The notes beneath the pieces are model-generated. The model was given only the letters and a program-made list of their open reading frames with translations, did not search any database and had not been told where the DNA came from. A DNA stretch of 24,143 bases from NCBI GenBank assembly GCA_045631365.1, contig JAZQUQ010000371.1, positions 1 to 24,143 on the forward strand, in the 5' to 3' direction. Numbering within the stretch: the stretch's first letter is position 1; every line of letters begins with the position of its first letter. The position numbers and the translations under genes are program-made. This stretch comes from Eubacteriales bacterium. Its GTDB lineage: Bacteria > Bacillota > Clostridia > Oscillospirales > CAG-272. Below, in pieces: positions 1 through 7,769 of this stretch.

Positions 1-165
1 AGGAACTTTTTGCAAAAAGTTCCTCCCCAGACCCCACCTCAAAAACTTTTAGGCAGACAGAAAATATTGTGTCGGGCATGGCTTTTGACAGACGATATTT
101 TATTTATGCTTAAAGGTTTTTGAAGGGGGCGCGGGGGATCCTTTTTGCAAAAAGGGTCCCCCGCA
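1..165. repeat. Inverted pair of hairpin repeat arms (1-50 and 112-165) around a short internal hairpin (61-100)
   Basis: 1-50 reads AGGAACTTTTT-GC-AAAAAGTTCCT...CAAAAACTTTT. 112-165 reads AAAGGTTTTTGAAGGGGGC-GCGGGGGATCCTTTTT-GC-AAAAAGGGTCCCCCGC-A. The arms are approximate reverse complements of each other. The left arm is probably cut by the window edge. Confidence 0.8.
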
Positions 166-198
166 TACAAAACAGAATTTTTTAGAAAGGGCATGAAT

Positions 199-1512
199 AT
201 GGCTCAGAATTCGAGAGGCGGGCGGATCAATATTGAGCGCAGCTGTTCGTTCTGCGGAAGAGGGGAGAATCAGGTTGAGTTTCTGATTCCTTCGCCCACG
301 GGGCTTTACATCTGCGACAAGTGCATTGACGCCTGCAACGATATTATATTTGATCATATGGCGGATATGGAGCCTACGGGAGATTTGTCTTCCGGGGAGC
401 TTCCGACCCCAAAGGAGATCAAGGAGACCCTTGACGAGTACATTATCGGTCAAGACAAGGCGAAGGTTGCGCTGTCCGTGGCGGTGTACAATCATTACAA
501 GCGTCTGATGCACAACGATGCCAAGCAGCAGAGCGAGGCGCGCCGTATGAAGGCGAAAAAGAGAGGCGAGGACGTTTCCGAGATCGAAGAAGAAGTGGAT
601 ATTCAGAAGTCTAACGTGCTTCTGATCGGTCCTACCGGTGTGGGTAAGACTTTCCTTGCACAGACTTTGGCGAAGACCTTGAACGTGCCTTTTGCCATTG
701 CGGATGCGACCACGCTGACCGAGGCAGGTTACGTTGGTGAAGACGTGGAGAATATCCTGGTTCGTCTGGTTCAGGCTGCGGATTACGACATTGAGCTGGC
801 GGAGAGAGGGATTATTTACATCGACGAGATTGACAAGATCTCCCGCAAGAGCGAAAACCGTTCCATCACCCGTGACGTATCCGGTGAGGGCGTTCAGCAG
901 GCTCTGCTGAAGATTCTGGAGGGTACGGTTTCCAACGTACCTCCGCAGGGCGGCAGAAAGCATCCCAATCAGGAGTTTATTCAGGTGAATACGGAGAATA
1001 TCCTGTTCATCTGCGGCGGCGCTTTCGATACTTTGGATCAGATTATCGGTGAGAGAAAGGGTCAGTCTACCGTTGGTTTCGGCGGTGACATCAAGCGGAA
1101 GGACGAAAAGCAGAAGGAAGGTATCTTCAAGGACGTATCTGCTCACGATATTGTGAAGTTCGGTCTCATTCCCGAGCTGGTGGGCCGTCTTCCTGTGATT
1201 GTGGGGCTGGAGAACCTGGATACGGAGGCTCTTGTTCGGATTCTTCGTGAACCCAAGAACTCTCTCGTGAAGCAGTACACCAAGCTCTTCCAGATGGACG
1301 ACGTAGAGCTTGAAATTCTGCCCGATGCCCTTACCGCGGTTGCGGAAAAGGCGATTGAGCGGAATACGGGTGCCCGCGGTCTTCGCTCCATTCTGGAGGA
1401 AACCATGACGGACATCATGTTTGAGATTCCCTCCCGCGACGACATTGCGAAGGTGGTTATTACGGCAGACTGCATCACAAAGCATGCGGCACCGGAATTG
1501 GTTTTGAAGTAA
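199..1512 (+). CDS. clpX: ATP-dependent Clp protease ATP-binding subunit ClpX
   Basis: N-terminal zinc-binding motif CSFC...CDKC, Walker A GPTGVGKT, Walker [13 protein letters not shown] loop and TGARGLR. The start is placed at ATG 199, 8 nt after AGAAAGG (184-190). Confidence 0.97.
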   Translation: MAQNSRGGRINIERSCSFCGRGENQVEFLIPSPTGLYICDKCIDACNDIIFDHMADMEPTGDLSSGELPTPKEIKETLDEYIIGQDKAKVALSVAVYNHYKRLMHNDAKQQSEARRMKAKKRGEDVSEIEEEVDIQKSNVLLIGPTGVGKTFLAQTLAKTLNVPFAIADATTLTEAGYVGEDVENILVRLVQAADYDIELAERGIIYIDEIDKISRKSENRSITRDVSGEGVQQALLKILEGTVSNVPPQGGRKHPNQEFIQVNTENILFICGGAFDTLDQIIGERKGQSTVGFGGDIKRKDEKQKEGIFKDVSAHDIVKFGLIPELVGRLPVIVGLENLDTEALVRILREPKNSLVKQYTKLFQMDDVELEILPDALTAVAEKAIERNTGARGLRSILEETMTDIMFEIPSRDDIAKVVITADCITKHAAPELVLK

Positions 1513-1520
1513 AAAATATC

Positions 1521-1572
1521 AAGGGGAACTTTTTGCATGAAGTTCCCCTTTGTAATGCCCCGCAAAACCTTT
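1521..1572. repeat. Hairpin repeat arm (left-type); may double as the clpX terminator
   Basis: AAGGGGAACTT-TTTGCATG-AAGTTCCCCTT hairpin followed by the tail ...GCCCCGCAAAACCTTT, the same layout as 1-50. Confidence 0.7.
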
Positions 1573-1643
1573 CCGGATGGGGAAAAGGGGATGGATTTCC
1601 TTGGGATTTTAGTAAACAAATATTGAATAAATCCGCATATCTA

Positions 1644-1672
1644 TTGTAATTTTCAGAACATTGTGATATAAT
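1644..1672 (+). promoter_or_regulatory. Sigma-A promoter of the SRP RNA
   Basis: TTGTAA (1644-1649), 17 bp spacer, TATAAT (1667-1672), with an extended -10 TG at 1664-1665. Confidence 0.8.
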
Positions 1673-1705
1673 AAACGGGTATTTAGCAGAATAACGCATG
1701 AATCA

Positions 1706-1978
1706 AGGCCATACCAGTCGGGGGAGCAGCGGGTCCCTGTACTCGAAATCCGCTATAGCGAGGATGGTATCCCGAAACGAGGGTGGAGTTTGTATGGTCT
1801 GTGCCATATACGGCCGTGTTGAGGAATGGGTCCTGCGCGATTGGCGGCTGTGAACCATGTCAGGTGGGGAACCAAGCAGCATTAAGCAGTTTAGCCGATG
1901 CGCCGCAGGGCAGCCTGTTCTGAGCGGACGATATGGCGTCGCATAGGGATTTTCATTCGACTTTCGGGTGTATGGCCT
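1706..1978 (+). ncRNA. ffs: Large bacterial SRP RNA (scRNA type with Alu domain)
   Basis: Alu-like 5' segment GGGGAGCAGCGGGTCCCTGTACTCGAAATCCGCTATAGC. Domain IV GAACCATGTCAGGTGGGGAACCAAGCAGCATTAAG (1852-1886). Terminal helix pairs 1701-1714 with 1970-1983. It lies upstream of dnaX-ybaB-recR as in Bacillus. The ends are approximate. Confidence 0.93.
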
Positions 1979-2063
1979 TGATTTGGGTGTTATTCTGCCT
2001 TGTTTTTAGAGGATTGTCGTTTTTTGCGCCACTCTTCGTAAAACATGATTTTATCCAATGTTT

Positions 2064-2115
2064 AAAAAGGTTTGAAAGGGGTTTGGGGGAAACTTTCCTC
2101 AAAAGTTTCCCCCAA
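2064..2115. repeat. Hairpin repeat arm (right-type)
   Basis: AAAAAGGTTTGAAAGGGGT-TTGGGGGAAACTTT-CCTC-AAAAGTTTCCCCCAA, the same layout as 112-165. Confidence 0.75.
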
Positions 2116-2146
2116 GTTGCATCCCTTGCTTGAGAGGTGAGATCGT

Positions 2147-3763
2147 ATGCATCAGGCGTTATACAGAAAGTACAGACCTCGTGATTTTGAGGATGTGTGC
2201 GGTCAGGAGCAGGTGACCTCGGTCCTTCGGTATGAAGCGGAGCACGGAAAGGTTTCTCATGCGTATCTCTTCTGCGGACCAAGAGGAACGGGTAAGACCA
2301 CCTGTGCAAAGATTCTTGCCAAGGCGGTCAATTGTCTTTCCCCGAAAAACGGAAGTCCCTGCGGTGAGTGCTTTGCCTGTCAGAGCATTGACGAGGGAAC
2401 GGCGGCGGATGTTCTGGAGATGGATGCTGCGTCCAACAACGGCGTTGACTACATTCGTGATATCCGAGAGGCGGTCAATTATACACCCAGCGCGCTGAAC
2501 AAGCGTGTTTACATCATCGACGAGGTTCATATGCTGTCCACGGGGGCGTTCAATGCTCTTCTGAAGACGCTGGAGGAGCCTCCGGAGCACGTACTTTTTA
2601 TCTTAGCTACCACAGAGCTTCACAAGCTTCCTGCTACCATTATTTCCCGATGCCAGCGGATGGATTTCCGACGGATTAAGGTGGATGTTCTGGCAGGCCG
2701 TTTGGCTCATATTGCGTCCCTTGAGGGGATTTCCCTTGAGACGGATGCGGCGAAGATTATTTCCAAGCAGGCCATGGGCGGTATGCGTGACGCCATCAGT
2801 TTGTTTGAACTGTGTTCAAGCGGCGGGCATTCCGTTACCTCCGACCGTGTGACCGAAATTTTGGGTCTCAGCGGAACGGAGCTTTCCTACAAGACTGCTG
2901 TTGCTGTAAAGCGGCGTGATACGGCTGCCATCTTCAACATAGTGAAGACGGTTGTGTCCTCTTCAAAGGATCTTTCGGTATACTGGCAGGAGTTGGTTGA
3001 ATTCTGGCGTGATATGCTGGTTTGCAAGTATTTGCCTGCAGAGGAGCTTTCCGATTATCTTGACCTTACAGAACCCGAGCTTCGTGTGCTTACGGATGCA
3101 TCCAAGCGGTTTGAACAGGGGGCGTTGACCTACCATTTCTCCGTTCTTGATGATGCGATGCGTGAGATGAACCGTTCTCCCCGTACCAAACGGCTGACGG
3201 CGGAGCTTAGTTTGCTGAAAATGTGCGATCCTTCTCTTGAGGCTACGGTGGAAGCGTTGACGGCTCGGATTGGTGAGCTTGAGACAAAGCTTTCCATGCT
3301 TCAAGTGGGCGGATTGACCGTATCGGATGCGGCGGTTTCGGTGAAACGGGACGAACCCTCGGTGGGCGGTGAACAGCCTTCACTGTCTGTTGCGGAGGAA
3401 AAGAAGGATGTTCCTGCGGTTCAAGAAAATGCGCCGACTGAGGTAGCTGAACCTACATTGGTTCGGGATATGGGCGAGATTTTGGATCGGGTTGCTCAGG
3501 TGAATCCCATGGTGATGAGTTTTTTCCGTGACTCGGACTGTTATGTGGCTCCCACAAGGAAAGAGGTTACGGTGAAGACGGCGAATGCTTTTGCGACGCA
3601 GATGCTGTCTTCGGATACGGCAAAGAAAGTTCTTTTGTCAGCCTTTGTTTTATGCGGTGTTTGTGACGCCGATGCGGTGCTTAAAATCACGGAGGGTGCA
3701 AGGCCCAAGGAAAAAAGCAATCCCGTGGACGAGCTCCTTTCGACAGAGCTGACAGAGTTTTAA
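2147..3763 (+). CDS. dnaX: DNA polymerase III subunit gamma/tau
   Basis: ALYRKYRP N-terminus, Walker A GPRGTGKT, zinc cysteines, IIDEVHMLS, TIISRCQ; RBS GAGAGGTG. Confidence 0.97.
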   Translation: MHQALYRKYRPRDFEDVCGQEQVTSVLRYEAEHGKVSHAYLFCGPRGTGKTTCAKILAKAVNCLSPKNGSPCGECFACQSIDEGTAADVLEMDAASNNGVDYIRDIREAVNYTPSALNKRVYIIDEVHMLSTGAFNALLKTLEEPPEHVLFILATTELHKLPATIISRCQRMDFRRIKVDVLAGRLAHIASLEGISLETDAAKIISKQAMGGMRDAISLFELCSSGGHSVTSDRVTEILGLSGTELSYKTAVAVKRRDTAAIFNIVKTVVSSSKDLSVYWQELVEFWRDMLVCKYLPAEELSDYLDLTEPELRVLTDASKRFEQGALTYHFSVLDDAMREMNRSPRTKRLTAELSLLKMCDPSLEATVEALTARIGELETKLSMLQVGGLTVSDAAVSVKRDEPSVGGEQPSLSVAEEKKDVPAVQENAPTEVAEPTLVRDMGEILDRVAQVNPMVMSFFRDSDCYVAPTRKEVTVKTANAFATQMLSSDTAKKVLLSAFVLCGVCDADAVLKITEGARPKEKSNPVDELLSTELTEF

Positions 3764-3796
3764 ATTAAAAATTTTTCAAAAGGATGGAACAGAAAA

Positions 3797-4150
3797 GTGA
3801 AAGCAAGACTTCCTAAGGCTATGGGCGGCGCTCAGAGCATGCAGTCCATGATCAAGCAGGCACAGAAGATTCAGGAGGATATGGAAAACCTCCAGAACGA
3901 ACTCAACGAGAGAGAATATGACGTTGCAGCAGGCGGCGGTGCCGTTTCCGTTAAAATCAACGGTAAGCTGGAAATTCTCTCCATCGATATTAAGCCCGAG
4001 GTTGTTGACCCCGATGATATCGAAACCATGTCCGATATCCTTGTTGCTGCAATCAACGAGGCAATCAAGACAGTAAACACCACAAACAGCGATGAAATGG
4101 GCAAGGTAACCGGCGGACTGAACGTTCCCAGCATTCCCGGCCTCTTCTAA
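3797..4150 (+). CDS. ybaB: YbaB/EbfC nucleoid-associated protein
   Basis: MIKQAQKIQ..., AGGGAVSVKING and D.ETMSDILVAA.NEA motifs; position between dnaX and recR. Confidence 0.93.
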   Translation: MKARLPKAMGGAQSMQSMIKQAQKIQEDMENLQNELNEREYDVAAGGGAVSVKINGKLEILSIDIKPEVVDPDDIETMSDILVAAINEAIKTVNTTNSDEMGKVTGGLNVPSIPGLF

Positions 4151-4151
4151 T

Positions 4152-4775
4152 ATGGCATCCCAGTACATTGAGCCTGTGGAACGGCTGGCAGATATGTTCC
4201 GCAAGTTGGAGGGTGTGGGTAAAAAATCAGCCCTTCGATATGCTTTCTGCGTGCTCAACCTGTCTGAAGACGATGTGAGAGAGTTTGCTGATGCTTTGAT
4301 TGCTGTGAAAACAGAGGTTACTCTTTGCTCGGAGTGTCAGAATATCTCGACGGGGGAGATTTGCCCCATCTGTGCTTCCCAAAACAGGGATCACAGCACC
4401 GTCTGCGTTGTGGAGGACCCTAAGGCCGTTATTGCCATTGAGAAAACCCGTCAGTTCGGCGGCGTCTATCACGTGCTTCACGGTACTCTTTCTCCCATGC
4501 GGGGGATTACTCCCGATCGACTGAAGATCAAGGAGCTTCTTACCCGTATCAGCAACAGCATGAACCCCGGGCAGACAGAAATTACGGAGCTGATTCTTGC
4601 TACCAATCCCACGGTTGAGGGAGAGGCGACTGCTATGTATGTGGCAAAGCTGCTGACTCCTCTCGGTGTGAAGGTAACCCGAATTGCAAACGGTGTTCCC
4701 GTGGGCGGCGAACTGGAGTATGCAGATGAGATTACCCTTCGCCGTGCAATAGAGGGAAGGTACGCCATTGGTTGA
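4152..4775 (+). CDS. recR: Recombination mediator RecR
   Basis: Helix-hairpin-helix LEGVGKKSA, C4 zinc finger CSEC...CPIC, Toprim ILATNPTVEGEATA, GGELEYAD. Confidence 0.97.
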   Translation: MASQYIEPVERLADMFRKLEGVGKKSALRYAFCVLNLSEDDVREFADALIAVKTEVTLCSECQNISTGEICPICASQNRDHSTVCVVEDPKAVIAIEKTRQFGGVYHVLHGTLSPMRGITPDRLKIKELLTRISNSMNPGQTEITELILATNPTVEGEATAMYVAKLLTPLGVKVTRIANGVPVGGELEYADEITLRRAIEGRYAIG

Positions 4776-4790
4776 TTCCAGTGAATTTAT

Positions 4791-4829
4791 GGGTGAATTT
4801 CGGTGATGCCGATTTTCACCCTTTTTTTT
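4791..4829 (+). terminator. Intrinsic terminator after recR
   Basis: GGGTGAA...CGG-TGATG-CCG...TTCACCC stem followed by T8. Confidence 0.85.
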
Positions 4830-4859
4830 ATAAAATTTTTATGAGAGGTGGAGTTAATT

Positions 4860-6350
4860 ATGATTACCGATTTCCAGTTGGCATCTCCGGAGAGTGTGGG
4901 CATTCCTTCCGGTGCCATTCATGATTTTATGAACCGTTTACAAGAGGAAAAACGGAACGTTCACGGATTTTTGATTTGGCGGCACGGAAAGCTTGTGGCA
5001 AAGTGCATTGCTCCTCCCTATGATTTTGAGGACAAGCGGCATGTATACTCGATTTCCAAGAGCTTTACGGGGACTGCCATCGGTATTGCACGGGATGAAG
5101 GGCTTTTGAACCTGTCGGACCGTTTGATTGATATTTTCCCTGAGTCAGTGCCTGCGGTGATTTCTCCCAATCTGGCGAGAATGACCATTCATGACGTGCT
5201 TTGCATGGGATGCGGGCATGATGGCTGTGCTGCGTGGGATATGATGAATGATCCCGCCGGGGATTGGGTGCGGATTTTCCTTGCGAAAGAGGTTCCTTAT
5301 GTGCCGGGAACTCATTTTGAGTACAATTCCGGCGGGTCTTATATGCTTTCTGCCATTATCACCAAGCTGACCGGGATGAAGATGATCGATTACCTCCGTC
5401 CCCGTCTGTTTGAGCCTTTGGGAATTACCGACGTGGTTTGGGACGAATGTGCCAACGGAATCAATTTGGGAGGATGGGGCTTCCGTACCTCTCCTGTGGA
5501 TATGCTGAAGCTGGGTGTGATGTATCTGAACGGCGGATACTGGAACGGCAAGCGTATTGTCAGCCGCGACTGGGCGAAGTTGGCAAGCTCCTACAAGATT
5601 TCCAACGACGTGGACGAGGGAAGTGACTGGGGCAGCGGATATTGTTACCAGATCTGGCGCTGTCAGCACAACTGTTTCCGTGGGGACGGTATGTGCGGTC
5701 AGATGCTGATTATGAGTCCTGACAAGGATATGGTGCTGTCCATTATCAGCGAGGACAACAGCTTCCAGGATATGTGCGATGCTTATTGGGAGACCGTGTT
5801 TGCCTCAGCTAAGGGCAATCTGAATACCTACCGCATGGATCCTTACTTCAAGGAAGAAATGGCGGGAGGAGATGCGATTCCCGAAAATCCCGCTGCTTTG
5901 GCGGAGCTTCGTCTGGCAGAGGCACATTGGACCGCGGTTGAACTGCTTGGCAATACGGGGGACGATTACGGCTCCGTTTGCCGCAAGCTGGTTCTGAAGG
6001 ACGGCGCGGCGGAATCGGTGGAGATTTCCGTGAATGGCAATGGAGCGGAGTTTACCGTAGCCTTCCGCAATGGAATGGTGAAGAAGATTTGCGCGGGATG
6101 CGGTGCATGGGTGAGAAATCATTTTGATGAATTCCCCATTGCTGAATTGGAGTTTATGGCTGTGAAGGCGGTTGCTCCCGTTTCCATGGGGGCGTGCTTC
6201 CGTATGGAGGGAGACAAGCTGTTCGTCAACGTACAGGCGACCAACTCTCCTCACGGATTCCGTTTTACCGTAGATTTTGGCGAAGGAACGATCACAAAGT
6301 CCCGTACTTTGCCGCCGTACCACACACAGACTATTTCGTTTGAAGGTTGA
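4860..6350 (+). CDS. Beta-lactamase-fold serine hydrolase (class C/esterase-like) with a C-terminal extension
   Basis: SxxK motif (SISK), Tyr motif (FEYNS) and FRGDG. No signal peptide. The start is placed at ATG 4860 behind GAGGTGGAG. Confidence 0.8.
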   Translation: MITDFQLASPESVGIPSGAIHDFMNRLQEEKRNVHGFLIWRHGKLVAKCIAPPYDFEDKRHVYSISKSFTGTAIGIARDEGLLNLSDRLIDIFPESVPAVISPNLARMTIHDVLCMGCGHDGCAAWDMMNDPAGDWVRIFLAKEVPYVPGTHFEYNSGGSYMLSAIITKLTGMKMIDYLRPRLFEPLGITDVVWDECANGINLGGWGFRTSPVDMLKLGVMYLNGGYWNGKRIVSRDWAKLASSYKISNDVDEGSDWGSGYCYQIWRCQHNCFRGDGMCGQMLIMSPDKDMVLSIISEDNSFQDMCDAYWETVFASAKGNLNTYRMDPYFKEEMAGGDAIPENPAALAELRLAEAHWTAVELLGNTGDDYGSVCRKLVLKDGAAESVEISVNGNGAEFTVAFRNGMVKKICAGCGAWVRNHFDEFPIAELEFMAVKAVAPVSMGACFRMEGDKLFVNVQATNSPHGFRFTVDFGEGTITKSRTLPPYHTQTISFEG

Positions 6351-6354
6351 CAAG

Positions 6355-6600
6355 ATATTGGGGGGGAGAAGAACTTTTTGGGAAAAGTTCTTCTCCCCCC
6401 CAAGCCCCCCTACTTTTCAAAAACTTTTGGGCAAAAAAGATATGGAGAAACCTTGCCGATGAGGGTGGTTCTCCATATCTTTTTTGTTGTGTGGGAGTAA
6501 ATTCTGCGAAGTATTTTGCTGTCCATGTCAAATTTTTTTGAAAAGTGGGGGGCTTGGGGGCGGAAAAGCTTTTTGTAAAAAGTTTTCTCCCCCCCAATAT
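6355..6600. mobile_element. MITE/REPIN-like 246 bp element with ~70 bp imperfect terminal inverted repeats
   Basis: It begins ATATTGGGGGGGAGAA and ends TTCTCCCCCCCAATAT, an exact 16 bp inverted repeat. Each arm carries a hairpin and a TTTTCAAAAA tail. An internal 17 bp perfect stem pairs AAAAAAGATATGGAGAA with TTCTCCATATCTTTTTT. It has no coding capacity, and mobility is inferred only. Confidence 0.6.
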
Positions 6601-6603
6601 GGA

Positions 6604-7464
6604 TCATTTAAGAATCTCAGACAGGTTGGCCTGGATTGCGGCGGCTACGTCGGGTTTATTCATGGAATAGACGTGGACGGCGTTGATGCCGTTGGCGAAG
6701 AGGTCGATGATCTGGTCGGTGGCATAGGCGATTCCTGCCTGCTTCATGGCCAGGGGATTGTCACCGTAGCGATCTACAATGCGGAGGAAACGCTGGGGGA
6801 GGGCTGTGCCGGAGAGGGAACAGATCCGCTTGATCTGCTTGGCGTTGGTTACGGGCATGACGCCTGCTACGACGGGGACGTTTACCCCTGCGCGGAGGAG
6901 GCGGTACATGAAGTTATAGAGGATGTTATTATCGAAGAACATCTGGGTGGTCAAAAATTCGCAGCCGCAGGCTACTTTGATCCGCAGACTTTCGATATCC
7001 ATTGTGCTGTTTTCGCTTTCGGGGTGGTTTTCGGGATAGCAGGCACCGCCGATGCAGAAGCCACCGTAGCGGACGATATCTTCAATCAGTTCGCTTGCGT
7101 AGTGGTAATCCAGATGGTCTGCTTTGAAATCGGCGGGGAGGTCTCCGCGGAGGGCGAGGACGTTTTCGATGCCGCTTGCCTTCAGCTTGTCCAGCTGTTG
7201 GATGACGCCTTCCTTGGTGGAGGAGACGCAGCTGAGATGGGCAAGGGGAACTACGCTTTTTGCCATGATTTTTGTGGCGATATCGACAGTATATTCGCTG
7301 GTACCCCCTCCTGCGCCGTAGGTGACGCTCATATAGCTGGGGTTCAGCTCGGCGATTTGTTCTGCAGCCTCACGGACGGTGGTGTAGGTATCGCTTGTTT
7401 TGGGAGGGAATACCTCAAAGGAGAGGCTGGGTTTTGAACCGTTGATGATTGTAGTGATTTTCAT
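6604..7464 (-). CDS. metF: 5,10-methylenetetrahydrofolate reductase
   Basis: SFEVFPPK, SVTYGAGG, AHLSCV, LALRGD, YPENHPE, TQMFFD and HVYSMNK motifs. Confidence 0.95.
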   Translation of the reverse strand: MKITTIINGSKPSLSFEVFPPKTSDTYTTVREAAEQIAELNPSYMSVTYGAGGGTSEYTVDIATKIMAKSVVPLAHLSCVSSTKEGVIQQLDKLKASGIENVLALRGDLPADFKADHLDYHYASELIEDIVRYGGFCIGGACYPENHPESENSTMDIESLRIKVACGCEFLTTQMFFDNNILYNFMYRLLRAGVNVPVVAGVMPVTNAKQIKRICSLSGTALPQRFLRIVDRYGDNPLAMKQAGIAYATDQIIDLFANGINAVHVYSMNKPDVAAAIQANLSEILK

Positions 7465-7479
7465 TGTAATACCTGATTT

Positions 7480-7761
7480 CTAATATCTTACGAAATAAAT
7501 TATGGTTGCTGCGATCACTGCCATGGCGAGAAGGAGATAACAAAGGGGAGGCAGGAGGGGGAGGATCCCCTTGAGTCCCTGCTGTTTAATATCGATGATC
7601 TGAAGGATGGGGAGTGCCGTGAACAATACTGCGAAAACAGGCAGGAGCGTGGACAGGGGGATCCATTCTGTGTTCAGATAGATCAAACCTAAGATCACTG
7701 CGATTCCGCTGACGAGGATTTGCACGGTTTTCAGCTTGGTTGGGGTTATCCGTTTGTTCAT
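7480..7761 (-). CDS. Small hypothetical membrane protein (~3 transmembrane segments)
   Basis: Three hydrophobic segments. The start is placed at ATG 7761 with GAGGTG upstream. Co-oriented between the 1030-aa gene and metF. Confidence 0.7.
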   Translation of the reverse strand: MNKRITPTKLKTVQILVSGIAVILGLIYLNTEWIPLSTLLPVFAVLFTALPILQIIDIKQQGLKGILPLLPPLCYLLLAMAVIAATIIYFVRY

Positions 7762-7769
7762 GATTTTTG

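Noticed and set aside
100-1485. 461-aa minus-strand ORF antisense to clpX
   Set aside because: Shadow frame of a strongly codon-biased gene; it has no RBS or recognisable motifs.
3711-3717. AAAAAAG in dnaX resembling the E. coli gamma/tau frameshift site
   Set aside because: It is out of phase for A-AAA-AAG slippage (codons GAA AAA AGC) and only ~16 codons from the stop.
4860-6350. Beta-lactamase fold as an antibiotic-resistance gene
   Set aside because: It has no signal peptide and no mobile context, and its motifs fit the broad cytoplasmic esterase/hydrolase group.
1-6600. Palindromic repeats as a CRISPR array
   Set aside because: They are dispersed, imperfect and inverted rather than direct and regularly spaced, and no cas genes are present.
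6484-7437. 317-aa antisense ORF over metF, and similar antisense ORFs over mscS, rplS, terL and the coat gene
   Set aside because: Each mirrors a confidently identified gene on the other strand.
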